Source: Felis catus (Eukaryota). From it: DNA of 64,000 bases. This document shows, piece by piece, positions 48,341 to 61,389 of this stretch. Where the stretch lies: NCBI RefSeq assembly GCF_018350175.1, contig NC_058368.1, forward strand, positions 7,006,001 to 7,070,000, written 5' to 3'. The position numbers and the translations under genes are program-made. The notes beneath the pieces are model-generated. The model ran no database searches. It saw only the letters and a program-made list of their open reading frames with translations, and had not been told where the DNA came from. Numbering within the stretch: the stretch's first letter is position 1; each line of letters begins with the position of its first letter.

Positions 48341-48709
48341 TAGATTCCTGAGCGGAGAGGACTCTTATTCAGCTCGGTGTCTCTGCGAACCAACTTCTCC
48401 ATTGAAAATGTTATGTGCCTGGTGAGCAAAAGAATGTTTCACCTTTGCGTCCTGATGCTAAGCACATAAATACAGTGGGAAGTGAACGTATCGTTCAAAG
48501 CCATTCTTGAACCAGGAGAGCCAGCAAAAGCTTACGCAGAAGTAAGTACACAGTACTGCACACAGAAATGACTGGGAACCACAGAGATACATCTGGTAAA
48601 CCCAAATAAAGGTATCCCTACTCAACTTCTCCTTAGCAGGACCCTCAAAGTGCCTGTCCCTACTCCCGTGCTACCCTACACTAGGGGGCCAGACAAGTGG
48701 TCTGTCTCT

Positions 48710-49680
48710 TCTTGTTGATCCGTGGGAGTTCTTTATATATTATGGATACATGTTCTTATCTGTTATTTGCTTACAAATATCATCTTATACCCTTGGCTTG
48801 TTTGCTTTTTCACTCTCCATTATGTTTTGATGAACAGAATTTGTTTTTTTTTTTAACGTTTATTTATTTTTGAGACAGAGAGAGACAGAGCATGAACGGG
48901 GGGAGGGTCAGAGAGAGGGAGACATGGAATCTGAAGCAGGCTCCAGGCTCCGAGCTGTCAGCACAGAGCCCAACGTGGGGCTCGAACTCACGGACCACGA
49001 GATCATGACCTGAGCCGAAGTCGGACGCTCAACCGACTGAGCCACCCAGGCGCCCCGAACGGAATTTCTTAATGGTAACATAGTTCAACTTATCTATTTC
49101 CTTTATGGTTTGTGATTTTCCTTTAGGGTGTCCTGCTTACAATTTTTTTCCCCCTAGCTCAAGGTCAGGAAGATATTTTCCTGTTTTCTTCTGGAAACTT
49201 TGTTTTATTTTTCCCATTTAGACAGCCAATCCATCTGGAACTGATTTTTGCGTATGGTGTGAGACAGAAGCGAAATTTGTTCCTTTATTTTTTTTTTATT
49301 TTTATTTTTTAATATAGATATCCAGTTGTCCCAGCACTGATTATTAAGAAGACCATCCTCTCCACTCTTCTGGGCTGGACCTTTTGACATAAATCCAGTG
49401 ACTACTGATGTGTAGATCTTTTTTTTTTTCTTTTTTTGGACTGTATTCTGTGCCATTGGCCAGTTCTCTATTGTCCCATCAATCCCACATCATCTTAAAT
49501 ACCGTATGTTTACAATAAGTCTTGACCCTTGGTAGCGTAGAAACTCCAATTTCGTTCTTTATCATTGTCTTGGCTATTTGGGGGCCTTTCTATTTCCACA
49601 TGAACTTTGGAAGCATCTTGTCGATTTCTAAAAGAAAATGAACCGCTGGTGTTTTTGTTTCGATTATACCGATCGATAGA
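48710..49680 (-). mobile_element. Old L1 ORF2 remnant
   Basis: Peptide LLNNQCWDNWISI...HTIRKNQFQMD in the ORF track resembles ORF2p. Confidence 0.75.
48844..49056 (-). mobile_element. CanSINE
   Basis: TSD gaacagaatt / gaacggaatt. Confidence 0.95.
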
Positions 49681-51972
49681 TCCGTTCGCGGAGCGACTCG
49701 TTTGCCTTTTCTTTTCCCAGATTCCCTCTTCTACAAAAACAAAACCAAAAACCAAAAACCAAAACACAAGCCAACAATACTCACGGAGCAATCCTGAGCG
49801 GGACAGGAGACCATGCATTCGCCAACTGAAAACAACAAAACTGCTACAGAAATGCAGGGCTTTTCTTATACCAAGAGAAGAAACACATGCAGGCACTGGG
49901 GCAAAATCAGCCTACATGGGTTCCAAAATGTTGGAGCAACTCTGGAATCTGGTCACGGTAGGCCCCTCCTTCCTTGACGCTGGCTTCCAACTCAGGGGCC
50001 GCAGTTCAGGGAGAGGGTAGGAAGGGGCCGCAGAGACGTTCGTGGGTTCGCCTGCTCACATCTTTCACTTCGTAGCCTGGACACTGAGGACAGAATCACA
50101 TGACGATTTAGTTTTCAACCACGCCTGCCGTGTGCCGGGCCCCGTTCTGGGTAGATCTGTCCTCGCACGGGTTCCGTGGAGAACGTCCCAGCCGGAGAGA
50201 AGGGGACCAGGCACTGCCCGTGGGGAAAGGACTTTCTTTTCCCACGTGACTGTCCCTCTTCTCTTCCCTGGAGCGTGTTCCGAGTTGAGCGGGGGCCGTT
50301 TGTGTGTGTTCGTGGGACTGGGGCCCACACGACACAATCCTCTTTCTCTCGGAGTCAAGCTTGGTTAGAAACCTTGCGGGTCTGGAGCCTCCTCTCCATA
50401 CCCTCACCACCCTCAGCCCTAGACCCTTCTTACCAAGGCCCTCTTTTGGACTCTCTTGAACAAATACTTTCTGCTAAAGAGGAATCCCCAGGCTGAAACA
50501 AAGGGAGGTCGGTGGGACCCTACAACATTTCCTTTTCATGGGTCATTGCCTTTCCTTCCGTCTGTATCCTTGGGGCCCCGGAGGGCCCCCCCCCACCCCC
50601 GCCATCGGCATGGTGGGAGGTGTCCCCCAGAGCCACAAATGCTACCCGGGTCCACTCTCCCAAGTGCTGGTGAGCCCAGCGACCCCAGGGAACTTTCACA
50701 TCCTCCGACCCTCAGGTTCCCTCAGTACCTTCTGCCCTTTCCACCTCACCAAGAGGCAGCCCAGGAAAGGGAATTCGCACTGACCTGAAAGAAATCGTCA
50801 AGGCCAGTTCACGACTGGAAGGATGCCGGCTTGGAGCCAGTTTGCAGCTCACTCCGGGGGGGGAGCCTGTGCCAGTGTCTGCAACAGAGGCTGGGTGTTC
50901 TCACCATGGGCACAGTCCTCAGCTGACCTTGGGGCAAGCATTTGAGGGGAGCCTGGGTTTGCTAGGATAATGAGGGGACCTCATCGGGCTGGGATGTCTG
51001 TTTATGCAGGCACGTCTGGGGTCCCCCAGGCAGCGGGCAGAGATGCCAGAGGTCCCCCCCCCACCTCGACTGGGGGCAGGGCGTGCTGGAGCCTGACCTC
51101 GGAAACATTCAGGCTCCGGGCCTTTTATCCACCTCGTCCTGTCACGGCCGCCAGCCTGCAGCTGAGGGGAACCAGACGGGGGTGGTGGGAACCCCCTGGC
51201 CAGCAGCTGCTGGAGGCCTCTCCTTAGAAGACCGGGTACCTGGCGGTGGGGGGTGGGGAGGAAGGAAGCCGGTGGGGGGAAACTGAGACAAAGGAAGGCC
51301 ACCATAAAACCAGCAGCATGCCTGTAATCACCAGAGCCCTTTGTTTAGAGCTGGTTTAAACAAGTTGCGATCCCTTGGAAAGAGAGGCCATAAACCCAAG
51401 TGAAAATAAAAGTGTTTACAGCGAGGGAGAGCGGACGGCTGCGGGGCTTGTTTGGCCAGGGCCGGCGGGGGGAGTTGTGGCCTGGGCGGCCTGGCCTGCG
51501 CTCAGAGAAGGGGCTTCCGTGGGCCCCTTCCAACATCACACACGGGAACGCCAGGCAGATGCTGGGGAGGGGGCGGGTGCTCCTCCTCCCCCCCCCCCCG
51601 GGGGCCGGTCCCCCATTTCGACCTAGGGGAGAGAAGAGGGCAGGGTGCCGGGCCTCTGTGACCTCCAGAGAGTCATCGCCTGGGGCCAGGCGAGCTCAGT
51701 CAACTTCTCCACTCCTCTGCGAATTCCTTTATAATGGACTCAAGGGGGTTGCATTAATAAGAGGGTTGCAGGGCAGTTCTTTCTGGAAGAAATGCCTCTT
51801 GGGCCCAACGTATCAGGCTGGAAAGGCGTAAGGTGGGGAGGGTGGCCCCAGGGAACGACATTCCTCAGGGCAGTCTCTCGCAGGCTGTGGGCCCTGAGGC
51901 CCAAGCAAGACGTGTTTGTGAAGGCAGAAGGTGGTGATGCCTGAAACGGGCTGAAGGACCTCGGCCCGGAGC

Positions 51973-52008
51973 GGGCCTTGAACGCCTTTTGGGCCTTGAA
52001 CGCCTTTT
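51973..52008. repeat. Perfect 18-bp tandem duplication
   Basis: gggccttgaacgcctttt x2. Confidence 0.95.
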
Positions 52009-52341
52009 ACCGGCTTGCATCCCCCACTCTGTGTACCAGCCTGCAACACATACACATCGTGTAGTCATTCATTCACCAAATGCAATGGCACACGAACCGT
52101 AGGCCAGGGAGTCGGGGCGGGGGCCACGCAGGTATAGGACACCGTCCCGGACCTGAGGTGGGCCATCCCCCGCCCATACGCATCCCGGGTTTTTTCGCCC
52201 CAAGAACACTTGTGTCCCTGTCATCTTCTTTTTGGAGAATGGCAGCGCTAGACAAAGCCAACACGATCCTTGGCGGTCCACTGTGCTGTCACACTCACAA
52301 GGGAAGACCGCCCGACCCTTCTGCAGAAAAACCACGCTAAG

Positions 52342-52555
52342 GGGGCGCCTGGGGGGCTCAGTCGCTCAAGCGTCCGACTTCGGCTCAGGTTGTGATCTCG
52401 TGGTCCGTGAGTTCGAGCCCCGCGTCGGGCTCTGTGCTGATGCCTCGGAGCCTGGAGCCTGTTTCAGATTCTGTGTCTCCCTCTCTCTCTGCCCCTCCCC
52501 CGCTTGTGCTCTGTCTGTCTCTCTCTCTCACAAATAAATGAACATAAAAAAAAAA
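52342..52555 (+). mobile_element. CanSINE
   Basis: Imperfect TSD aaaaaccacgctaag / aaaaatcacactaag. Confidence 0.95.
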
Positions 52556-52717
52556 TCACACTAAGGTCCCCTTCATACTAAGGAAAATGAGTCACCAGGA
52601 AGATCCATCGGGTGGGTCCTTTTTCCCTTTACACGTTTGTTGCAACCCTTCAGCTGACAGCATGTGTTGAAGCTGGGTCCTCCCAAGTGCAAGAGGCCGG
52701 CTGAAGAGGTCTTTTCT

Positions 52718-52936
52718 TTTTTAATTTTTTTTTAACATTTATTTATTTTTGAGACAGAGAGAGACAGAGCATGAACGGGGGAGGGGCAGAGAGAGAGGGA
52801 GACACAGAATCGGAAGCAGGCTCTAGGCTCTGAGCCATCAGCCCAGAGCCCGACGCGGGACTCGAACTCACGGACCGCGAGATCGTGACCTGAGCTGAAG
52901 TCGGACGCTTAACCGACTGAGCCACCCGGGCGCCCC
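52718..52936 (-). mobile_element. CanSINE
   Basis: Perfect 16-bp TSD tgaagaggtcttttct. Confidence 0.96.
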
Positions 52937-53789
52937 TGAAGAGGTCTTTTCTGACACTCATGTACTTTCTCCTCCATTCCTGGCTCAGTCCTGCCACTTC
53001 AAGAGGGGAGCCTTGTTCTGTGACACTCAGGACGTTCTCTCCATCAGGGGAACCGGCAAAGAAAGTGGCGACGAAGCGTGTCCTGTCTGCCGAATGCCTT
53101 CGTTTTCTGTAAATGGATTTCAGACACAAGCACAGTCGCTGCCTTGTTTTCCCCAGGACTGCCTTTCTCACTTGTGAACTTGGCTGTTCTATGATCTGTG
53201 GGTTCCCTTCCAGGAAACAACCAAACTGAGCAAGGAAGATTCTGAGTAAATAAAGGAGCGAGATTGACTGTACTGGGGGGCGGGGGGGGATCACCGTATG
53301 GCCACTTGCAGGAAGCATTTCACACCCTCTGGGCATTGGGTAACACACAACCGTCCCTGGGGGCCTGGCGGAAGCCGGACGGACGGGTCCCCACGTCTCA
53401 GGGCTTGATACAAATTGTTCTGCTCTCCCAGAAGTCAGCTACCCCCGGGGGGACAAGGCCCCAAGACCCTCCCTCCCTAAACTGCGAGGTCCAAAGGGTG
53501 ACGGCAGCTGTCTCTCCGGAGGGCACCATCTGGTGGGTTTCATGAGGGGCGGCTCCCGCGGGTCCTTCATCCACGATGCCGAGTCATCGAGGTTTCCTAC
53601 GAAAGGTGTGCGGGGATCCAGGACCAGGTGGCTCAGGCGGAGAGCCGCCGACCAGGGAAGGACGCCACCATCAAGAGGCCCTGATGGAGATCGGCTCACC
53701 GGGCTCAGATCTTAAGAGAAGCGAGTCCGTGGGGATCGCGCCCCCTCCGTGCCGACAAATCAATTCTCTGTTGGAGGAGGAAACAGGCA

Positions 53790-53970
53790 GGGGCTTTGAA
53801 ATCAGAGAGCCGGTTTTGAATCCCCTCCCCTGGACTTAGCAACGGGACAAGTTACTTAACATCTCAAAGCCTCTGTTTTCTCATCTGTACTAGGAGGGCA
53901 GTCATACCCTCCTCCGGGACCCAAGGTCTCATGAGGATTAGGTGAGATGATGTAGGTGAAGCTCCTGGCG
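53790..53970 (+). mobile_element. MIR
   Basis: gacaagttacttaacatctcaaagcctctgttttctcatctgta core. Confidence 0.8.
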
Positions 53971-54306
53971 TTATGGCTTCTCCCTTCCCCCCGGTTCCCT
54001 CCCTCCCTCCTTCCCAGTGAGGGAGAACTTAGTGTCCTCCCCACAGATGGTAAAAAATGAAAAAATGATGGCAATCGAAGTACCAAATGCAACAGGTGAG
54101 CCCTTCTTGTCTGTTTATGAACCCTTCAAATTCCTTCATCAGTGAGATCGAATTTCACTCTCCCGTAAAATCCGAACGGAATTGGTTTGGGATGTTGGTA
54201 CCTACCTTGTGCTCGCCCTGATGTAGAAAGTGGAGATACAGAACCCTGACATGGCCCCTAACCACAAGACAAATGAACACAGAAGCAAATTTTGTTTAAA
54301 AAAAAA

Positions 54307-54514
54307 TTTTAACGTTTATTCATTTTTGAGAGAGAGAGAGAGAGAGAGAGGGAGCATGAGTGGGGGAGGGGCAGAGACCGAGGGAGACGCAGAATCGGAA
54401 GCAGGCTCCAGGCTGTCAGCACAGAGCCGGATGCAGGGCTTGAACCCACGAACCGTGAGATCATGACCTGAGCCGAAGGTGGACGCTTAACCGACTGAGC
54501 CACCCAGGCGCCCC
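54307..54514 (-). mobile_element. CanSINE
   Basis: TSD core acagaagcaaatttt. Confidence 0.95.
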
Positions 54515-54671
54515 AACAGAAGCAAATTTTAAAGGCACAAAGGATTTTGGAGGAATTGGAGCAGGGGGCCACTTTTCCTCGCTTGGGGGTAAAACTGGGG
54601 GTGGGGAGATGGGGCTCCTGGTTAGGAATCTTCTGGAGAAAATGATGCCTTCCGTGCAAAATAAATCTCTA

Positions 54672-54900
54672 GGGATGCCTGGGGGGCTCGGTCGGTTAAG
54701 TATCTGACTCTTGCTTTCGGCTCAGGTCACGATCTCACGGTTCGTAAGTTGGAGCCCCGCGTCAGACTCTGCGGTGACAGTGTGGGGAGCCTGCTTGGGT
54801 TTCTCTCTCTCTCTCCTTCTCTCTGCCCCTCCCCTGATCACACACTTGCTGTCTCTATAAATCAATCACTTACTTACTTACTTAAAAAAAAAAAAAAGAA
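54672..54900 (+). mobile_element. CanSINE
   Basis: TSD core aaatctcta. Confidence 0.92.
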
Positions 54901-55454
54901 ATCTCTAAAATTTCAAGGTGTGTCAAATGCATTATCAGCAAGACTAACTTAGGAACACTTATTGGGAGATTGGGTAGGAATTATTTCAGTTGTAAGTTCG
55001 CTTGACAAACGTTAGCCGGATTCCTATTTTTTGGAACTGCCCAGATGTGGAGATGTGATGCCGAGAGAGGGAATAAGAAAGTGACCTTTTTCTCATCGGG
55101 GCTTGAGTTCTAATAAATAAGTAAAAAGCTGACTGGAGAGCCAAAGCTGTTGGTGTTGTGTTGGCAGCACCTAAAAGGCGTGGCGAGGATACGCGACTTC
55201 TCATTTCCAGGGCTCCTAGTGTTTGAGCCACTAAATTATTTTAGGGGGCACCCTCCTTTGCAGGCCGGTATTCCTCCGCTGACCCTACATATAGACCATC
55301 AGGGCCACAACATTTGGGTCTCGTGAGGCAGCAGCGACCTTTCTCTGGGGAAGCTTTGGACTAGTGCTTAGCAGAGCAATGAAACTCTCTCCCTACAGAA
55401 TTGACGGGGGAGTGGGGTCAGGATGAGCAGGTTAGATGACAACTTCTGATATTC

Positions 55455-55513
55455 TTTTTTTTTTTTTTTAATATTTTTAACGCTTATTTATATTTGAGAG
55501 AAAGAAGGAGGGA

Positions 55514-55551
<38 letters not shown>

Positions 55552-55914
55552 GTGCGAAGGGGAAAGGGACAGAGAGACCCGGACAGAATCCGAGGCAGGC
55601 TCCAGGCTGAGCTGTCAGCACAGAGCCCAACTCGGGGCTCGAACTCACGAGCCGTGAGATCACCTGAGCCAGAGTCAGACGCTCAGACAACGGAGCCACC
55701 CTGGCACCCCCGATGTTCTTTCTTTTTTTTTTTTTTTAAGTTTATTTATTTATTTTGAGAGAGAGTAGGGCAGGGGGAACCGGCACAGAGAGAAGCCCAA
55801 GCAAGCTGTGTACCGTCAGCATGGAGCCCAAAGCTGGGCTCGAGCCCGCACACCGCGAGATCACGACTTGAGCTAAAGTTGGATGCTCAACCCACTGAGC
55901 CAGCCAGGCGCCCC
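55455..55914 (-). mobile_element. Two tandem CanSINEs (55455-55710 with internal (CA)n; 55723-55914)
   Basis: Two tails, bodies and heads. Confidence 0.92.
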
Positions 55915-56529
55915 AGCTTTTGATATTCTCAAGGAGGCTCGGGACCCAGAGGCGTTGCCTCACGGTGGCCAACTTTCTACCATGCTTCGCATAGTGATTT
56001 CTTTTCTTGAACCTCCTCTGGGGGTCCCGGCCTGTGCTTTGACCTCCGATGAGCTGCAGGGGATAGAAGGAAACAAAGAGACTCAAGATTTAGTGAGATC
56101 CAATATCTACCTACCGCAAGCCAGGTGCGATCCCGCTTAACTGCCACATGGACCCTGGCGATGGGGGTGGGCCTTCCTATAGTCGGCGAAGCTGGGGCTT
56201 GGAGAGAGCTGTCCCCAAGACCTGGTGCGTGAGGGGCAGCTGGGGGGCCGAGCCCAGACCCTGCCTGCACAGCCTACCCAGTGCTTCCCGAGCGGGGCAC
56301 TGCCTACTCCTCAGGATATTTGTGCCGTGGGGTACTGTGCCGGGGACCCAGAAGCCAGCCGGCTAATGAGGGGGTGAATTTCCACGAGCGATTTGTAAAA
56401 TTAACTTTTGATTGATTCTCTTCTCGCTCTGACCCATGAGGTAAACTTACATTTTATACGAAATCACACGTGCCTCTATTACAGACTGGGATGCCACGTG
56501 AACGTGGCTGTTAAAAATGAAACGTACTT

Positions 56530-56749
56530 GGGGCGCCTGGGTGGCGCAGTCGGTTGAGCGTCCGACTTCAGCCAGGTCATGATCTCGCGGTCCGTGAGTT
56601 CGAGCCCCGTGTCAGGCTCTGGGCTGATGGCTCGGAGCCTGGAGCCTGCTTCCGATTCCGTGTCTCCCTCTCTCTCTGCCCCTCCCCCGTTCATGCTCTG
56701 TCTCTCTCTATCTCAAAAATAAAATAAAACGTTGAAAAAAAAAAAAAAA
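56530..56749 (+). mobile_element. Young CanSINE
   Basis: TSD aaaaatgaaacg(t/c)act. Confidence 0.96.
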
Positions 56750-57553
56750 TGAAACGCACTCTTTCAAAGACAGTTCGAGTTCTCCTGGTGCCCTCCCAGG
56801 CTGTGTCCTTCTCTGTACCCAAAGCGTGTTCCTGGTCCCCCGCTCCGGGACCTCTGAGTCAGAGCCATCGGCCCACACGCTCAGTTGAGCATCGCAGGAC
56901 GCACACATCAGCGGGGATCAGGCGTGGAGGTGACTTAATCAAGAGCTGAACGATGTGAGAACCATTAGCAAACCCCAGGGGACTTTGGAGAGCAAGAGAT
57001 CTGGGGGTCAGCACTCATAAGAGCACTCCCCAGGGGAGGAGGGTGATGCGAGGACAGGCGGGTGGGCATTCTGGGGTGGAGGCAGCCTTCTCATCGTGTC
57101 ATGTGTGCCAGGGACCGTAAGAGGCAGGCTGCAGGGGAGAAAGGGCTGTTTTGCAGGGGATGGGGTGGGGGGGCGGGGAGAGATGAACGGCTAAGGGCAA
57201 AGTGGGGAAGCCGGGCACGGAGCCGGATTTGGTGAGGGCGGTAGTGGGGACCCGCCTCTGGCCATGGGCGTAGCGAAGGGCTGGGAGCATGAACTCTGGA
57301 ACGAAGCCTGGTTCAGACCTTGGTTCCGCCACTTTCTGGCCACGCGACCTTCCAGGACCTCCCTGGGCCTTACTTTCCTCGTTCCTCAAAGGGTCCCTCG
57401 GCGGCCGGCTTGTTGTGAGAATAATGAGTGCTCGTTGCTCTGTGGGTTAGCAATTCCGCGTAGTTTACCAAGTTGTCCAACGTCGTCGAAAATCCCATGA
57501 TGTGTCGCCAGCTTCGTGTCAACTTCCGAACCGTGCGTGGCCGATGTGTCGTC

Positions 57554-57931
57554 GTATTAGCCGGCTCGGGCTGCCGTCACGAGGTGCCACTGGTCGGATG
57601 GCTGACACGACGGACATTTGCTCTCTACACAGTTCTGGCGGCCGGAAGTCCAAGATCAAGGTGCCGGCATGTTCTGTTCACGCGAGGCCCGTCTCCTCGG
57701 CTTGTAGGTGGTTGTCTTTTCGCCGGGTGTCGTGAGATCTTTTCTTGGCTCGCATCTGTGCCCTCGTCTCATTAAGACATGAGTCACATGGGATTGGGGC
57801 CCCCTCGTGACCCCATTTAACTTAATCACCTCCTGAAAGACTTATCTCCAGATACAGTCACATTGTGAGATACCGGGGGATAAGGCTTCAACGTGCCAAC
57901 TTTGGGAGGACACGATTCAGCCACATATCCA
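57554..57931 (-). mobile_element. MaLR solo LTR (MLT1A-like)
   Basis: cacagttctgg...gaagtccaagatcaaggtgccggca...tttaacttaatcacctc...tctccagatacagtcacatt. Confidence 0.85.
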
Positions 57932-58012
57932 TAAGCTCTGTGGGTTGCAGCCACCAGTGTGTGACTATCAAGGAGCTGGGGCAGGGGAGGGGGGGAGTGT
58001 CATGTGGGTTGT

Positions 58013-58230
58013 TTTTTTAAAAATCTTTATTTATTTTTGAGAGAGAGAGAGAGAGAGAGACAGAGCACGAGTGGGGGAGGAGCAGAGAGAGAGGGAGACA
58101 GAATCGGAAGCAAGCTCCAGGCTCCGAGCTGTCAGCACAGAGCCCGATGTGGGGCTCGAACCCACGAACTGTGTGATCATGACCTGAGCGGAAGTCGGAT
58201 GCTTAACCGACTGAGCCACCCAGGCACCCC
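58013..58230 (-). mobile_element. CanSINE
   Basis: Full length. Confidence 0.95.
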
Positions 58231-58497
58231 TGTTTTGTTTTTTTTGTTTTTTTTAAGCTGCTTTCTGCCTCTGCCCTGCCTGGCTTCTTCTGCATGGACA
58301 GCAGTGCGTGTCTGCAGCCAAGAAGCCAAGGGTGGTCTTGGGGACACATCCTCACGGCCTCATGCTGCTCCCTTGGAGCCCACAGGGTTCCACTCCAAGT
58401 CCTGAAGCATCTCAGCGTGGCTTTCCTGATAATTTGTAACATGCCCGTCCCAGCCGCAGTAACACCAGTGGCTTTAAACGCACGCTCACACACACAC

Positions 58498-58918
58498 ACT
58501 GGAATACTACTCAGCGATGAAAAGGAATGCAACTTTGCCATTTGCGACAACATGGATGGAACTGGAGGTTATTACGCTAAGCGTAATAAGTCAATCCGAG
58601 AAAGACAAGTATCATAAGATTTCACTCACGTGTGGAATTTGAGAAAGTCAACAGATGAACATAAGGGAAGGGAAGGAAAAATAAGACAAAAACAGAGAGG
58701 GGGGCAAACTATCAGAGACTCTTAACTACAGAGAAGAAGCTGAGGGGCGATGGGGGGCTGTGAAGGAGGGAGGATTCAACGGGTGACGGGCATTAAGGAG
58801 GGCCCTTTTCGGGATGAGCACTGGGTGTCATACATAAGTGATGAATCGTTGGGTTCTATCCCGAAGGCCACACTGTATGTTAACTAACCTGAATCGTAAA
58901 AGAAATAAAAATAAAAAG
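58498..58918 (+). mobile_element. Carnivore/felid L1 3' end
   Basis: ggaatactactcagc...gccatttgcgacaacatggatggaactggagg; 3'UTR. Confidence 0.88.
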
Positions 58919-58919
58919 A

Positions 58920-59050
58920 GGGCGCCTGGCTGACTCCACCGGAAGGGCACCCGACTCTCGATCTCAGGGTCTTGAGCCGGAGCCCCACATGGAGTGTAGA
59001 GATTACTAACACAAATGAATAAACTTAAAAAAAATAAATACATAAAATAA
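58920..59050 (+). mobile_element. Short tRNA-like CanSINE (SINEC_c-like) in L1 tail
   Basis: gggcgcctggctg...gtgtagagattact; TSD aaaataaaaaga. Confidence 0.8.
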
Positions 59051-59354
59051 AAAGAGGAAGGAAAGAAAAGGGAGACAAACAGATGCCGGAGCTGAGGGGC
59101 CGAGGCGCCGTTCCTGGACAGCAGAGTCCTCCCCTTTGATCTTGGACCCTCAGTGAAACATGCTAAGGAGAAACAGATACACAGAGAGAAAAAGGCTGAG
59201 GAACAGAGACCTGCTCTCGGGTTTGTAAAAAAGGTCCTTGACTATCTTTCCCTGCTGCCATCTTGGCTCAGGACCCGGGTGTGGAGGAAGGAGGGGAGGG
59301 GGCCGGGCTATGGTGCCCCTGCTGATGTGGGCAGGGGGTGTGAGTAAAGACTGG

Positions 59355-59522
59355 GGGACAGAGAGAGGGGAGGGGTGAGGTGGGGGAGAAGGGGAGGAGG
59401 AGAGAGAGGAGGAAGAGAGAGAGAGGGGGAAGAGGAGGAGAGGGGAAGACGAAGGCACAGTGGGGAAGACTGGGAGTGGGGAGAGAGGGAGGGGAGGGGA
59501 AGAGTGGAGGGGGAGGGGGAGC
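59355..59522. repeat. G/A-rich low-complexity tract
   Basis: Purine-only from 59382 to 59449. Confidence 0.9.
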
Positions 59523-59859
59523 ACAGTGGAACAGGGGCAGCAAGTGCTGTTTCTAGCACCTAAAAGCTGAAACCGAGTTTTTGGTATCTATCTCTAAGGC
59601 AACTTTGACCTATTTTACCTCATCTGTAATCAGCTCCGGTATCTAAATAACGCATCTCAGTGGCTGAGCTAAGATTGTTATCCGAGCAGTTAAGGATCTG
59701 TTATCTCTTGATTGAAATATGCTAAGTGGGCTTCCCATCTCCAACCCCCCCCCCCACCTTGAAGGTCATTCCTTCATTCAATATTTGTGTGTGTATTGAT
59801 CAGGCTCTATGCTGGTCCCCAGGGAGCTCATCGTTTGTGAATATTTTAATAAGTATTTC

Positions 59860-60680
59860 TAAATCATAAAGACTCTCCAAGAACATAGCTACAGTAATAT
59901 TATATCTACATCGTGAATAATAATCCCCCAGTATCTTTCAAATAGGCAGTCAGTGTTCACATTTCTCTGACTCCTTGAAAATTCGTTTACAGTGTGTTTG
60001 GTTTGGGATCCACGTGAGGTCAGTGCATCGAGATACCTCTCTTACGTAGCTTGTAATCCGTAGGTCCCCACAACCTCTCCTGCCCCTCCTTTTCTTTTCC
60101 TTGTGAAATGTCACTAACCATCGATGACCACTGTCTAGACTTATTAACTTATTTGGAGTTGTAAAACGCTGCTGTTCAAATGCTGTCTTTCCTTCTTCAT
60201 CTACTGGTTGGCGTACTACGAAGCAAAACCTCCCTCATCAACTCTCTGGTTATCCTGAGGTCCAGCTTATGTCGGAAATAAAGGACAAGTTACTGCTTTG
60301 GGCTTTTGTGACTCTGTGAGCTCAGGGACTTAAGCATATGGGACCTACTTCAATCCACTGTACTTTTCATCCTTGCCAGAAATATTTAAACTGTCCGATC
60401 TTTGGCCAATGAGAGCCTTTTCAACCTTGGTTCCAAGCACTTTGATGTCACCTGAGTCGACTTTGATAGCTTCTTTGCTTCCTGATATGAAAGAATAGGG
60501 TACATTTTCTGTCCCAGCCCTGCAGTGGGGTTCCTCAAGGATTCGTGGTTATTTTTAGTGGGTGAGTCTACGTAGAGATTAGAGTCTCAGTGCTGGGAAA
60601 GCTAATTCCCCCGGGGCAGGTTTTTGTGTCCAGGCCTTTCCTATGGACAGAGCTGGAAGACTTGTACTCTTTATTAAAGA
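59860..60680 (-). mobile_element. L1MC-like remnant
   Basis: Degenerate 3'UTR similarity. Confidence 0.5.
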
Positions 60681-60689
60681 TTAATCACA

Positions 60690-60908
60690 GGGGCGCCCGG
60701 GTGGCTCAGTCGGCTCAGCGTCTGACTTCAGCTCAGGTCATGATCTCATGGTTCGTGGGTTCGAGCCCCGTGTCGGGCTCTGTGCTGACGGCTCGGAGCC
60801 TGGAGCCTGCTTCGGATTCTGCGTCTCCTTCTCTCTCCGCCCCCACCCCCCACACTTGCACTCTGTCTCTCTCTCTCTCTCAAAAAGTTTATAAACATTA
60901 AAAAAAAA
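60690..60908 (+). mobile_element. CanSINE
   Basis: Full length. Confidence 0.95.
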
Positions 60909-61150
60909 TTTTTTTTTAATGACAGCACTTAAAAGTCCCTTTGGTCCTCGTTCCCTTTTACTTTCAGTTTCTCAGCATTGGTTTTTGATTTGTTTTGTAA
61001 AATTACATAAAATATTTATAGCTCCAAAATAAGTTTTGTAGAACTTGGCGTATGAAAAAAGTCGACCTTTATCCCTGCATTCTATAGCTTATCCTCTCCC
61101 TGCCTTTATTGGTAAACGTTGAAAATTGATGGCTTATTCTTCCATTAAAA

Positions 61151-61361
61151 TTTTTTTTTAAATGTTTACTTATTTTTGAGAGAGAGAGACAGAGCAAGAG
61201 GAGGGGAGGGGCAGAGACAGAGGGAGGCACAGAATCCGAAGCGGGCTCCAGGCTCCGAGCCGTCGGCACCGAGCCCGACGCGGGGCTCGAACTCACAAAC
61301 TGCAAGATCATGACCTGAGCCGAAGTCGGACGCTTAACCGACTGAGCCACCGGGGCGCCCC
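61151..61361 (-). mobile_element. CanSINE
   Basis: TSD core tattcttccatt. Confidence 0.95.
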
Positions 61362-61389
61362 TATTCTTCCATTTTTACATGCTTTTATA

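Noticed and set aside
52743..53348. 201-aa ORF
   Set aside because: C-terminal third is translated SINE; the rest has no recognisable homology.
60896..60921. 26-bp palindrome CATT-A9-T9-AATG
   Set aside because: A-run/T-run junctions are common in these SINE tails; low information.
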